Of a stretch of DNA of 64,000 bases, positions 48,321-58,153 are shown piece after piece. The notes under the pieces are model-generated. The model saw only the letters and a program-made list of their open reading frames with translations, was not told the DNA's origin and ran no database searches. The position numbers and the translations under genes are program-made. Position 1 is the first letter of the stretch, and each line of letters starts with the position of its first letter. Source of the DNA: Myxococcota bacterium (lineage in GTDB: Bacteria > Myxococcota_A > Bradymonadia > UBA7976 > UBA1532); contig JAHJCH010000171.1 of assembly GCA_018813065.1 (NCBI GenBank), forward strand, positions 871 to 64,870, read 5' to 3'.

Positions 48321-50285
48321 TCAGCGCGCGACCGCCACCGCGTCGAGGCGGCAGGCGTCCAGGCAGGCGCCGCAGCCAATGCAGCGCTCCTCGATGATGT
48401 AGTGGGGGTTCTTGCGGCTGCCGAGGATGGCGTCGGTGGGGCAGGCCTTCTTGCACAGCGTGCAGCCCACGCAGGCCTCCTCGATGATGCTGTAGCGCTT
48501 GAGGGCCTCGCAGGCCCCAGCGGGGCAGCGGCGCTCAAAGACGTGGGCCTCATACTCATCGCGGAAGAAGCGCAGCGTGCTGAGCACCGGGCTGGGCGCG
48601 GACTGGCCGAGACCACAGAGGCTGGTGTCGGCGATCACACCCGCCAGCTTCTCAAGCTGGGCGACGCCCTGCATCCGGTGCAGCGCGTCGAAGCCCCCTT
48701 CTTGGCCCCGACGGCGGGTGATCTGCTCCAAAATCTCCAGCATTCGGCGCGTGCCCTCACGGCAGGGGATGCACTTGCCGCAGCTCTCGCGCTGGATGAA
48801 GTCCATAAAGAACTTGGCAACATCCACCATGCAGGTGTCTTCGTCCATGACGACGAGGCCGCCCGATCCCATCATGGCCCCCACGGTCTTGAGCGACTCG
48901 TAGTCCACCTCAATGTCGAGGTGCTGCGTGGGGATGCAGCCGCCCGAGGGGCCGCCGATCTGCGCCGCCTTGAAGGCCTTGCCGTTGGGGCAGCCGCCGC
49001 CGATCTCCATGACGATCTGGCGCACGGTCGTGCCCATCTCCACCTCGACGAGCCCGGTGTGCTTGACCTTGCCCGAGAGCGCGAAGACCTTGGTGCCCTT
49101 GCTGCTGGCGGTGCCCAATGCGGCCATCTCTGCGGCGCGATCAGGCAGGATGTCGGGGAGGTTGGCCAGCGTCTCGACGTTGTTGATGATCGTGGGGCAG
49201 TTGAAGAGCCCACGCGAGGCCGGGAAGGGGGGCCGCGGCCTCGGCATCCCTCGCTTGCCCTCGATGCTGTGGATCAGGGCCGTCTCCTCGCCACAGACGA
49301 AGGCGCCAGCGCCCTCCTTGACGTAGACGTCGAGGTCAAAGCCCGAGTCCATGATGTTGGCGCCGAGCAGGCCCCAGGCCCGCGCTTGGTCTAAGGCGCG
49401 CCGCAGCCGCGCGATGGCCAGCGGGTACTCGGCGCGGATGTAGACGTACGCCTTGGTGGCGCCGATGGCGTAGGCGGCGAGGGCCATGCCCTCGATGAGC
49501 CGGTAGGGATCGCCCTCGATGACGGCGCGGTCCATAAAGGCGCCCGGATCACCCTCGTCGGCGTTGCAGATGAGGTACTTCTGATCGGCGCCCTCTTTGA
49601 GCGCGAAGCGCCACTTGACGCCCGTAGGAAACCCACCGCCGCCGCGCCCACGAAGCCCGCTCTCGATGACCGCCTCGCAGGCCTCCTCCGGGGTGCGCTG
49701 GTGGATCGTGTCGGCCAAGGCGCGAAAGCCCCCATGGGCGATATAGGCGTGGATGTCCACCGGATCGATGATCCCGCAGCGGCTGAGCACGCGGCGATGT
49801 TGGGCGCGGAAGAAGGGGTGGACGCTGATGGGCAGCGCGTCGCGGCGCGGCGGCGTGGAGGGCGGCGCGTCGTATTGACCCAACACCTCACCGTAGAGCT
49901 GATCGCGATCCAGCAGGGCGTCGAGGATCGGCTTGACCTTGTCGTGGGTGACGTGGGCGAAGGAGACGCGTGGCTGGCCCGGGCGCTGCGCGTCCAGGAT
50001 CGGCTCGGCGGAGCAGAGGCCGACGCAGCCGACCTCGATGATGTCCGCCTCGATCCCCCGCGCCTTGATCTCACGCTTGACGGCCTTGAGCGTCTCGCCC
50101 GCGCCCGCGCCCAAGCCACAGGTGCCCGCGCCGATGTAGAGGGTGAGGCGCTCGACGGCCTCGCGCTTCAAGGCCACGCCTTCGCCGCTGTACCAGCTCT
50201 CGCGCGCTTGGGCGTCGCTGCGGGGGCCAAACAGGCGCCAACTCAGCGTGCCCTCCATGGGGTGCAGCTGTGCTCGCTCACTCAT
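48321..50285 (-). CDS. hydB: hydrogenase NADH-binding flavoprotein subunit HydB (NuoF-like, with thioredoxin-like 2Fe-2S and 2x[4Fe-4S] domains)
   Basis: FMN/NADH site GAGAFVCGEETALIHSIEGKRG. SLBB and 4Fe-4S (ESCGKCIPCREG). C-terminal ferredoxin CVGCTLCKKACP / CIGCGACLDAC. 654 aa. Confidence 0.8.
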   Translation of the reverse strand: MSERAQLHPMEGTLSWRLFGPRSDAQARESWYSGEGVALKREAVERLTLYIGAGTCGLGAGAGETLKAVKREIKARGIEADIIEVGCVGLCSAEPILDAQRPGQPRVSFAHVTHDKVKPILDALLDRDQLYGEVLGQYDAPPSTPPRRDALPISVHPFFRAQHRRVLSRCGIIDPVDIHAYIAHGGFRALADTIHQRTPEEACEAVIESGLRGRGGGGFPTGVKWRFALKEGADQKYLICNADEGDPGAFMDRAVIEGDPYRLIEGMALAAYAIGATKAYVYIRAEYPLAIARLRRALDQARAWGLLGANIMDSGFDLDVYVKEGAGAFVCGEETALIHSIEGKRGMPRPRPPFPASRGLFNCPTIINNVETLANLPDILPDRAAEMAALGTASSKGTKVFALSGKVKHTGLVEVEMGTTVRQIVMEIGGGCPNGKAFKAAQIGGPSGGCIPTQHLDIEVDYESLKTVGAMMGSGGLVVMDEDTCMVDVAKFFMDFIQRESCGKCIPCREGTRRMLEILEQITRRRGQEGGFDALHRMQGVAQLEKLAGVIADTSLCGLGQSAPSPVLSTLRFFRDEYEAHVFERRCPAGACEALKRYSIIEEACVGCTLCKKACPTDAILGSRKNPHYIIEERCIGCGACLDACRLDAVAVAR

Positions 50286-50751
50286 CTCCCACCTCCATCT
50301 CTCTGGCGCGCGCCAAGAGCGCAGCGGCGTCCTCCGCCTTGACGTCGCCGAAGAAGGCGCCGTCGATGGCGACCACCGGGGCGAGGCCGCAGGCGCCGAT
50401 GCAGGCGACGACCTCTAAGCTGTACTCGCCGTCCTTGGAGGTCTGATCAGGCTCGATCTTGAGCGCCCTTTGGATCCCCGACAGCACCGCCGCCGAGCCC
50501 TTGACGTGGCAGGCCGTGCCTCGGCAGACCTGGACGTGGTGGCGCCCCGGCGGGGTCAGCCGGAACTGGTTGTAGAAGGTCGCCACCCCATAGATCTTGC
50601 TGGTCGGCAGCTTGAGGTGCTGGCCTACGGCGATGACCGCCTCCGTAGAGAGGTAGCCCTCCTTGGCCTGCACGGCTTGTAAGATGGGGATGAGCGCGTC
50701 ACGCCGCGCTTGTGGGTAGCCTTCAAGGACAGCTTGAACCGCGTCGGTCAT
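50278..50751 (-). CDS. hydC: hydrogenase 2Fe-2S subunit HydC (NuoE-like)
   Basis: CRGTACHVKG...CIGACGLAP thioredoxin-like [2Fe-2S] motifs. 157 aa. Confidence 0.75.
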   Translation of the reverse strand: MTDAVQAVLEGYPQARRDALIPILQAVQAKEGYLSTEAVIAVGQHLKLPTSKIYGVATFYNQFRLTPPGRHHVQVCRGTACHVKGSAAVLSGIQRALKIEPDQTSKDGEYSLEVVACIGACGLAPVVAIDGAFFGDVKAEDAAALLARAREMEVGDE

Positions 50752-51392
50752 GAGCGCTGCTCCTGCGTGGCGGCGAAGAAGGCCGCCTTCTCAAGAGACA
50801 TGGTGATGTCTACGTCTTCAACATGAATGGATGGGGGGAGATCGAGGTGTGACGGGGCGAAGTTAAGCACCGCGCGGATGCCCGCCTTGATCAGCCTCGG
50901 CCCCAGCGTGGCGACCGCCTCGCCAGGCAGCGTCAGGATCACGATCCGCGCCGCCTCCCTCTCCAAGATGGCCTCAAGCTCATCAAGGGGATAGCAGCGG
51001 CAGCCATGGATCACGCGCCCGATCTTGTGTGGATCGATGTCAAAGGCGGCGACGAGCTGGAGCGTGGGGCGGCGCCCCTGGAAGTAGGACAGCAGCGCGC
51101 GCCCCAGGTTACCGACGCCGATGAGGGCGACGGCTTGGGGCTCGGCGGGCGCCAGTTGCGCGTTGATCGCGCGCAGCAAGGCCTGGACTTCATAGCCCCG
51201 CGCGCCCCCCGCGACCTCAAGGTGCATCAAATCGCGGCGCGCTTGGGAGGCCGTCACCCCCGAGCGGCGCGCCAGATCGCTGGAGAGGATGTAGCGCTGC
51301 TCCGTGCGCGACAGCGCATCAAGGAGCCTGCGGTAGAGGCTCCAGCGACCCACTGTTTTTTGGGACACGTCAGGGTGCATGGCGCGTAACAT
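50748..51392 (-). CDS. rex: redox-sensing transcriptional repressor Rex
   Basis: Winged-helix KTVGRWSLYRRLL and Rossmann ALIGVGNLGRALL. Start taken at MLRAMHPD; the track ORF extends to 51428 through the operator. Confidence 0.75.
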   Translation of the reverse strand: MLRAMHPDVSQKTVGRWSLYRRLLDALSRTEQRYILSSDLARRSGVTASQARRDLMHLEVAGGARGYEVQALLRAINAQLAPAEPQAVALIGVGNLGRALLSYFQGRRPTLQLVAAFDIDPHKIGRVIHGCRCYPLDELEAILEREAARIVILTLPGEAVATLGPRLIKAGIRAVLNFAPSHLDLPPSIHVEDVDITMSLEKAAFFAATQEQRS

Positions 51393-51417
51393 TCCGTAAT
51401 TGATTAACTTTTTCTCT

Positions 51418-51435
51418 CTGTGATTCAATTCACAG
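51418..51435 (-). promoter_or_regulatory. Rex operator (cTGTGAttcaatTCACAg) immediately upstream of rex-hyd operon
   Basis: Near-perfect match to the Rex box consensus TTGTGAA-N4-TTCACAA, about 26 bp upstream of the proposed rex start on the transcribed side. Confidence 0.55.
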
Positions 51436-51738
51436 GCACTGTTTACTCGCCTCGCCGTGCCGAGTCAAGCTAAACGAGATTTTTTTCTCCTTTAACGCCG
51501 AGGTGAGGCTGTACATCGCCGCGTGGGCGAGGTAGGGCGAGGTAAAGGCGAGATAAAAAAAGCGCTTCAGACGCGGGGCCCGTATGCCTCTTGCCAAAAA
51601 AAAGATCCTCAGGTGTTTTTTTTAAAGCAAAGAGCGCGGCGAGGCGTTGGGGGCGCCGCTTTCACCCGGCCGAACCTGGAGGGTTTGTCCGCATCGGGTG
51701 CCAAGCACCCATCACCTCAAGAGAGGAGAGCTGCTTTG

Positions 51739-53778
51739 ATGAAGAAGTGGACGTTCACGCTCGCAGGCGCCGCTGGCCTGCTGCTCAGCGCGGGCCTGGC
51801 CTGCGCAGGTCAAGATACGGGTAAAATTCACGGCAAGGTCACCTCCGCTGGCGCGCCCCTCAGCGGCGCGACCTGTCAGATCAAGGCGCTGTCCAAGGTC
51901 GCCAAGACCCGGCCCAACGGCGCCTTCGGCTTCAGCGGGATCCCCGTCGGCGCCCACAGCTTGACGTGCAGCAAGGGCGGCTACCTCAGCGCCACGCAGC
52001 AGGTGCAGGTCAAGGCCGGGGAGACCACCCAGGTGAGCTTCAGCCTCGCCGCCCATAAGGCCACTGGGAAGAAACAAGCGCAGACCGAAGCAGAGGCCCC
52101 CGCTTCGGCGGCGCCCGTCGCCGCTGAGCCCGCGAAGCGCGACGCCAAGCCGCGCGTCGCTGAGCGTCGCAGCCGCAAGGAGAGCCGCTCCGCGCCCAAG
52201 ATGATGAGGGCGTCGGGCGGCATCGGGCGTGGCTATGCCCTGGGCGCCGCAGCGCCCAGCCCCAGCGTGCGCATGGCCGCCCCGATGGCGATGGCGCCGC
52301 CGCCCCCACCCCCCGGCGCTTATATGATCGCCAACGGCGACGCGCCGAGCCCAGAGGCCAACCGCGAGGGCTATGACGCCATCAAGGAGAATGACTTTCG
52401 GGCCACCAGCAAGGAGCCCCTCTCCACCTTCTCCATCGACGTAGACACCGCCGCCTACGCCAACGTCCGCCGCTTCTTAAATCAAAGCCGCTTGCCTCCG
52501 GCGGGCGCGGTGCGGATCGAGGAGCTGATCAACTACTTTAACTATGAATACCCCGGCCCTGAGAGCGAGCCGTTCTCTATCAACACCGAGATCTCTACGG
52601 CGCCATGGGACCCACGTCATCGCTTGGTTCACATCGGTTTGCAGGGCAAGAAGGTCAACATTCAAGCGCTGCCGCCTTCAAACATGGTCTTCCTCATTGA
52701 TGTCTCTGGTTCGATGTTCAGCGCGAATAAGCTGCCGCTGCTTCAAGCTGGTTTTAAGCTCTTAGTTCAAAATATGAGGCCTGTCGATCGCGTCGCGATT
52801 GTGGTCTATGCGGGCGCGGCGGGGATGGTTCTGCCTTCGACTCCTGGTAAAGAGCGTCAGAAGATCATCGACGCCCTCGATGGCCTGCGCGCAGGTGGCT
52901 CTACCGCTGGCGGGGCCGGGATCAAGCTGGCTTACAAGGTCGCGCAGGAGAACTTCATCAAGGGCGGTAATAATCGCATTATCTTGGCTACCGATGGTGA
53001 CTTTAACGTCGGTCAATCCAGCGATGATGAGCTGATTAAGCTGATCGAAAAGAAGCGTAAGTCCGGGGTATTCCTGACGATTCTTGGCTTTGGAATGGGA
53101 AATTATCAAGACGCGAAGATGCAAAAGCTGGCCGATAAAGGGAACGGGAATCACGCCTATATCGACAGCATCCTTGAGGCCAAGAAGGTCTTGGTCAGCG
53201 AGATGGGCGGCACCCTCTTTACCATCGCGAAGGATGTAAAGATTCAGGTCGAGTTTAACCCCACTAAGGTTAAAGGCTATCGTTTGGTTGGCTACGAGAA
53301 TCGCGTGATGGCAAACCAAGATTTTAATGATGATAAAAAAGACGCTGGTGAGTTGGGCGCAGGTCACACTGTCACTGCGCTGTATGAGATTATCCCCGCA
53401 GGCTCAGATGAGGCCGTGCCCGGCGTTGACGCGCTGAAGTATCAAAAGACACAGCTCAGCGACGCGGCAGGATCGAATGAGCTGATGACCATCAAGCTGC
53501 GCTATAAGGCGCCCGATGGCGACACCAGCAAGCTGATCACGCACCCGCTCCTCGACAGCGACGTCGCCCTGGCCGGGACCTCGGACAACTATCGCTTCTC
53601 CGCCGCCGTGGCCATGTTCGGCATGATCCTGCGCGACTCCAAGCACAAGGGGCAGAGCACCTGGGAGCAGGTCGAGTCGCTGGCGACGGGCGCCAAGGGG
53701 AAGGACAGCGAGGGCTACCGCGCGGAGTTTATCCAGCTGACGAAGAAGGCCGCGCTGTTAAAGCAGATCGAGAAGTAA
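51739..53778 (+). CDS. von Willebrand factor A domain protein (YfbK-like) with N-terminal carboxypeptidase-regulatory-like domain
   Basis: Signal peptide. GKIHGKVT...TQVSFSL beta-sandwich. Ala/Pro-rich linker. VWA MIDAS VFLIDVSGSM. C-terminal DUF3520-like region. Start at MKKWTF. Confidence 0.7.
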   Translation: MKKWTFTLAGAAGLLLSAGLACAGQDTGKIHGKVTSAGAPLSGATCQIKALSKVAKTRPNGAFGFSGIPVGAHSLTCSKGGYLSATQQVQVKAGETTQVSFSLAAHKATGKKQAQTEAEAPASAAPVAAEPAKRDAKPRVAERRSRKESRSAPKMMRASGGIGRGYALGAAAPSPSVRMAAPMAMAPPPPPPGAYMIANGDAPSPEANREGYDAIKENDFRATSKEPLSTFSIDVDTAAYANVRRFLNQSRLPPAGAVRIEELINYFNYEYPGPESEPFSINTEISTAPWDPRHRLVHIGLQGKKVNIQALPPSNMVFLIDVSGSMFSANKLPLLQAGFKLLVQNMRPVDRVAIVVYAGAAGMVLPSTPGKERQKIIDALDGLRAGGSTAGGAGIKLAYKVAQENFIKGGNNRIILATDGDFNVGQSSDDELIKLIEKKRKSGVFLTILGFGMGNYQDAKMQKLADKGNGNHAYIDSILEAKKVLVSEMGGTLFTIAKDVKIQVEFNPTKVKGYRLVGYENRVMANQDFNDDKKDAGELGAGHTVTALYEIIPAGSDEAVPGVDALKYQKTQLSDAAGSNELMTIKLRYKAPDGDTSKLITHPLLDSDVALAGTSDNYRFSAAVAMFGMILRDSKHKGQSTWEQVESLATGAKGKDSEGYRAEFIQLTKKAALLKQIEK

Positions 53779-53786
53779 ACCCGCCC

Positions 53787-54251
53787 TTGCTCTATCCCCT
53801 CCGCCTCACCGCTGATGATCTCAGCGGCCTCTCAGATCACCCCCCCCGCTGGCAGATCGTCCACGAAGGGCGAGGGTATGTGCGCCGCTTGTCCAAGGCC
53901 GAGGCGTCGGCGGCCCTCCGTCAGCTCCAGGCCGCCCCCCTTATCCTGGGCGCCTCCAATCGCGGCCTCCTCTACGCGCCGTTTATGGGGTTGGGCGTCA
54001 TCGAGCACCACGCCAAGGTGATCACGCTCCTCTTCGATGTGGAGCCAGACTCAGGCGATCTGAGGTGGTTTCACAGCATGCTCAGCTTGTCATTCCTGTA
54101 TTTAACGCTCAAGCACCCTGAGATTTTGCAGGTCCGCCTGCCTTTAAGCTGGCAAGCACTGGGAGAAGTGCCGCAGCTGGGCGGATTTGACGTGCTGGCG
54201 CAGGGCTTTAGCTGTCTGCTGCGACGCAGCGACGCGCCTTGGCGCCCTTAG
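53787..54251 (+). CDS. hypothetical protein
   Basis: 154-aa ORF with good local codon bias. No recognisable motif. Confidence 0.3.
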   Translation: MLYPLRLTADDLSGLSDHPPRWQIVHEGRGYVRRLSKAEASAALRQLQAAPLILGASNRGLLYAPFMGLGVIEHHAKVITLLFDVEPDSGDLRWFHSMLSLSFLYLTLKHPEILQVRLPLSWQALGEVPQLGGFDVLAQGFSCLLRRSDAPWRP

Positions 54252-55011
54252 CGCGCCAACGACGCCACGCGCGGCGAACGCCGCTCCTTAACAGCAGCCA
54301 AGAGATCGGCAAGAGCACACGCAGCACGCGGATGCCAGAGCGCTCATCCCCATAGATCGGCGTGACGGGTCGATCGACGACACAGGCGTCGATCTCGGCC
54401 AGCTTGGCCAGCAGATCATTGGGGAAGCCATAGCGGGGGTAGATCTCAGCGAGGGGCAGCGCGGCGAGCGCGCGCGCCTTGAGGGCGGTGTAGCCACACT
54501 GAGAGTCGCGCAGGTGAAGGTAGCCGGTGGAGAGCCGCGTGAGGTAGGTCAGCGCGAAGTTGCCGATCACCCGGACCCAAGGCATCCGCCGCAGCAGCTC
54601 GGGGTGGCCGAGGCGATCCCCCTTGGCGTAGTCGGCCTCATCCTCCACCAGAGGATCGAGCAGCCGGGGCATCTCTTGAGGGTCCATCTGCGCGTCCGCG
54701 CCGACGACGACGATGATGTCCACGCCAAGGCCCAGGGCGTGGGCATAGCCGGTGAGGATGGCTTGGCCCACGCCGCCGTTGCGCGCGTGGCGCAGCACCT
54801 CCAGCCCCGCTCGCCGCGCGCCTAAGGCGACCGCGTGGGTTTCATCCTCGCTGGCGTCATCAACGACGATGATTCGATCCACGAACGGGGGCAGCCCCCT
54901 CAGCGTTTGAGGGAGCAGCCGCGCCTCGTTGTACGCAGGGATGACCACCGCCACGCGCTGCTCTCGATACATCTTCACTCCACAGCTCCGGCGGGCCTCT
55001 ATCAGATTCAC
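54208..55011 (-). CDS. GT2 family glycosyltransferase (DPM/GtrB-like)
   Basis: VAVVIPAYNEA and VVDDASEDET (DxD) motifs. 267 aa. Confidence 0.65.
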   Translation of the reverse strand: MNLIEARRSCGVKMYREQRVAVVIPAYNEARLLPQTLRGLPPFVDRIIVVDDASEDETHAVALGARRAGLEVLRHARNGGVGQAILTGYAHALGLGVDIIVVVGADAQMDPQEMPRLLDPLVEDEADYAKGDRLGHPELLRRMPWVRVIGNFALTYLTRLSTGYLHLRDSQCGYTALKARALAALPLAEIYPRYGFPNDLLAKLAEIDACVVDRPVTPIYGDERSGIRVLRVLLPISWLLLRSGVRRAWRRWRAKGAKARRCVAADS

Positions 55012-55114
55012 GCCCCGCTGACCAGCCTCGCCGTGTCCTGGGCCTGGCGTGAATCTACGTCAACTTGATCAAGATCAAGGCGCGACGTCGAGGCGCATCG
55101 CAGAGATGTAGAGT

Positions 55115-55333
55115 TTGTTGATGATGTCACGCTTCGTGGCGCTTGAGGCTCTGGCGCGGGTACACGAGGTGGTTGAGATGCTCAGGGTCTTTATCGCCGC
55201 GCTCGTCGGGGGCGCGGTGGGCTACGGTTATTATCGCGTGGTGGGTTGCCGCACCGGCGCTTGCCCAATCACCGCCAATCCTTACACCGCGATCGCCTAT
55301 GGTGTGCTCATGGGGCTCCTTTTCAGCCGATAA
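55115..55333 (+). CDS. small membrane protein with GCxxGxCP motif
   Basis: 72 aa. One or two TM segments. VVGCRTGACPITANP. Weak. Confidence 0.3.
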   Translation: MLMMSRFVALEALARVHEVVEMLRVFIAALVGGAVGYGYYRVVGCRTGACPITANPYTAIAYGVLMGLLFSR

Positions 55334-55434
55334 GAAAAAAACGATATCGAGACTCATATCTCGATTTAAAACTTGCGGACACGCTCAAACAAGGTTATCT
55401 GCAACAAACAAATCCCATTTTGAGGAGGGGATCA

Positions 55435-56628
55435 ATGAACAAGCTGGCCTCATATCTCGCGTTCTTCATGGTGGCGGGGCTCGCCAGCCACGCCAGCGCG
55501 CTTGACTTATATGAAAAAGATGATAAGACCTTAAAAATCATCGGACTTGTCCAGCCTCGCATGGACATGAACCTTGATTCCACACCCGTCGCTGGCTCTG
55601 GCGATGAGAAGGGACCATTGACCACAGACTTTTATATTCGTCGTTTTCGTTTAATTACTGAAGCAAACATTCATAAAAACATTCAAGTTCGCTTTAATCT
55701 GCACTCTAATGACATTGGTTTACCAGGCAAATATAATCCTGCGATGTTCGTTGGCGATGCTTACATCGAATACAAGGCATCGAAGAACCTCTTGATCAAC
55801 TTTGGTATCCTCAAGCTGCCCTTCCTTCGCCACATGATGCAGGGCGCGGCGGGCCTGCACGGGATGGACTTCCACGGCTTTATCCTTAAGGAGCCTGCGG
55901 GCGTGAAGGGCGCGATGACCAACCTGCCCCACCGCGATAACGGCATCATGTTCCGTGGCCTCCTCGCCAACAAGAAGATCGACTATCGCATCGCCATCGT
56001 CGATGGCTGGGAGTACAACCCGGGCGTCGCCGCTGGCGCCGACGGCTCGGGCGGCGCGCCGGCGCATAACGAAGAGGACATGCCCCGCATGGTCGGGCGC
56101 ATCGCCTACAACCTCTTCGACGCGACCCCCGAGTACTACCTCGCTGGCACCTACCTGGGGAAGAAGAAGGTCGTCTCCTTCGGCGTGAGCTTTGATCTCC
56201 AGCCTGGGGTGGGCGGTGATGATGGCAAGAAGATGTACAGCGCCTTCGGCGGCGATCTCCTCGTCGATCTCCCCATGGGCAAGAATGGCCTCACCCTGAC
56301 CGGCAACTTCGGTAAGTTCGGCGAAGGCGGCCCGATGCCTGGTGATAAGGGCGGTATGGGGATGTGGGCGGATCTGGGCTATCGCATTGGTAAGATCGAG
56401 CCCCTCTTTGCCTTCGAACAGTACATCCCTGATAACGAAGAGGAGAAGAATCACAAGGGTGAGCACCAGGCGATGCTCTTTGGCTTAAACTATTGGGCCA
56501 AGGGCCACGCGTTTAATATCAAGGCCCAGTTCGGTATGGTTAAGGATGGCGTGGGTACGGGTGATGGTGAGGAGTTTGAAGGGAAGTTTAAGAAGCACCT
56601 GTTCATTCAAAGCCAAGTAAGGTTCTAA
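55435..56628 (+). CDS. outer-membrane beta-barrel protein (porin-like)
   Basis: Signal peptide MNKLASYLAFFMVAGLASHASA. Alternating amphipathic strands. C-terminal aromatic (…QSQVRF). GAGGAGGGG RBS. Followed by a rho-independent terminator. Confidence 0.5.
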   Translation: MNKLASYLAFFMVAGLASHASALDLYEKDDKTLKIIGLVQPRMDMNLDSTPVAGSGDEKGPLTTDFYIRRFRLITEANIHKNIQVRFNLHSNDIGLPGKYNPAMFVGDAYIEYKASKNLLINFGILKLPFLRHMMQGAAGLHGMDFHGFILKEPAGVKGAMTNLPHRDNGIMFRGLLANKKIDYRIAIVDGWEYNPGVAAGADGSGGAPAHNEEDMPRMVGRIAYNLFDATPEYYLAGTYLGKKKVVSFGVSFDLQPGVGGDDGKKMYSAFGGDLLVDLPMGKNGLTLTGNFGKFGEGGPMPGDKGGMGMWADLGYRIGKIEPLFAFEQYIPDNEEEKNHKGEHQAMLFGLNYWAKGHAFNIKAQFGMVKDGVGTGDGEEFEGKFKKHLFIQSQVRF

Positions 56629-56656
56629 TTTAATTTAATCAAAGCTTTTGGATGCT

Positions 56657-56682
56657 GAACCGCCCTTGTGGCGGTTTTTTTA
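56657..56682 (+). terminator. rho-independent terminator (GAACCGCC-cttgt-GGCGGTT-TTTTTT), bidirectional between convergent genes
   Basis: Perfect 7-bp GC-rich stem, 5-nt loop, then a 7-T run. It sits 25 bp after the OMP stop codon. The T-run overlaps the stop of the convergent GGDEF gene. Confidence 0.6.
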
Positions 56683-57294
56683 TGCCCGACACGCCCCCAC
56701 GCGATCTCCGCCGCGCTGCTTGGCATTATTGAGCGCGATGGCCGCGCGGCGCAGCGCCCCGCTGAGCGGCTCGCCGTTCAAGATCTCCGTCACCCCCAGC
56801 GAGACAGTGCGCGGCGCCAAGCCCCAGACACCACGACTTGTGCGATGGCGTACCTCATCACAGAGGCGCTGGGCCACGCGCACGGCGCTGTTGAGGCGCA
56901 CATCATGAAGGAGGATCGCCAACTCGGCTGGAGAGACGCGGGCGATCAAGTCCTGCTCATAGAGGCTGCACTGGACGCGGTGCGTGATGTAGGCGATGGC
57001 CCGCTCTAAGCCGTGATCGTCGTCGAGCTGGAGCGCGAGCAAGGATCGTGGGGCGCGCGTCGCCTCCCGCTGGGCGGCCACCACCCGCTCAAAGCCCGCG
57101 CGGTTGAGCACCCCCGTCAGCGCGTCAAAGGCCCGCGTGGCGTCTAAACCCGAAGGCCACCTCAGGCGCGCGCTCATCGCCGTCAAGGCGCGCCACGCCT
57201 CAAAGGTCGCTTCGCCGTGGGGCGCCTTGAGGCTGGGCGTCGCCTCGATCTCCGCCTTGGTGCTCAGCATTTGACCCTCCTCCTCTGCGTCCAT
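56680..57294 (-). CDS. degenerate GGDEF-domain protein
   Basis: LTGVLNRAGFERVV (GGDEF N-terminal signature), but the GG(D/E)EF position reads SPAEL. Likely non-catalytic. Confidence 0.5.
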   Translation of the reverse strand: MDAEEEGQMLSTKAEIEATPSLKAPHGEATFEAWRALTAMSARLRWPSGLDATRAFDALTGVLNRAGFERVVAAQREATRAPRSLLALQLDDDHGLERAIAYITHRVQCSLYEQDLIARVSPAELAILLHDVRLNSAVRVAQRLCDEVRHRTSRGVWGLAPRTVSLGVTEILNGEPLSGALRRAAIALNNAKQRGGDRVGACRA

Positions 57295-57451
57295 CGACTC
57301 TCTCAGAGCCCAAGACAGAGATCAAAGGTCGATTAAGGGTGAGGGCGCAGCGGCGTGGAGGGTGTGGGGGACGCGGATGATATTTTTTTGAGCTTTGTCT
57401 CAGCGGGCATCCCTCGACGATGCCCGTAAAGGCTCGTCGATGTTGCCAAAC

Positions 57452-57982
57452 TCAGCGAAAGCTAAACTGAATTTGGTAGTCGCAGAGGTAGAAGACGTCG
57501 CCGTCCTCGATGCGCTTGTGCTCTACCCGGTTGCCGTCGAACTCGATCCCGTTGGTGCTGCCGAGGTCTTTGATGAAGTAGCTGCCGTTGCGGTAGACCA
57601 CCGCGCAGTGTTTGCGCGAGATGTTGCCATCTCGGATCGTGAGATCCGTGACCTGGCTGCCTCGGCCGATGATGTACTTCTCTTTGTCGATCTTGTGCCG
57701 CTGGCCGTTGAACATCAGATAGATGCTGGGCCTGGGCGGGGCGGCGGCGGGGGCCTCGGGTAAGGGCGGCGGCCGATGAGGTGACTCCACCTTCAACTCA
57801 GGCTGCGCCGTGTTCGTCGCCGCCATGGAGTAGTTGCGGCTGCGCGCATAGTGCCGCATGGACTCATTGATGAGGTAATCCATGGAGCAGCCGAGATCGC
57901 GTCGCATCACCTCGAAGAGCTCCCAGAGATAGTCACGGCAATAGAAACTGCGCAACGTCTTGCGGTTGTGATCTGCGGTCAT
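57452..57982 (-). CDS. FHA-domain protein
   Basis: YIIGRGSQVTDLTIRDGNISRKHCAVV...GSTNGIEFDGNRV classic FHA motifs at the C-terminus. 176 aa. Confidence 0.7.
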   Translation of the reverse strand: MTADHNRKTLRSFYCRDYLWELFEVMRRDLGCSMDYLINESMRHYARSRNYSMAATNTAQPELKVESPHRPPPLPEAPAAAPPRPSIYLMFNGQRHKIDKEKYIIGRGSQVTDLTIRDGNISRKHCAVVYRNGSYFIKDLGSTNGIEFDGNRVEHKRIEDGDVFYLCDYQIQFSFR

Positions 57983-58153
57983 CCTCTTCCCTGGTCACGC
58001 GGCTGAGCCTTGGGGGGTGTACCACAGGTCGCGGCGCGGATCGAAGACTTGTGCGGCCTGCGCGTGAAAATCAAGGGCGCCGCGCCGCCCAGGCTGGCCC
58101 TGCGCGCGTCAGGGTGCTAAACCCGCCTCTTTATTTTCGCCTCTGGAGTTGAA

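Noticed and set aside
46619-48397. 592-aa plus-strand ORF
   Set aside because: Antisense to hydA. No motifs.
48308-48616. 103-codon N-terminal extension of hydA in the ORF track
   Set aside because: Extension is Ala/Arg/Ser/Pro low complexity. The canonical HydA N-terminus MINLNING with its 2Fe-2S domain begins at 48307.
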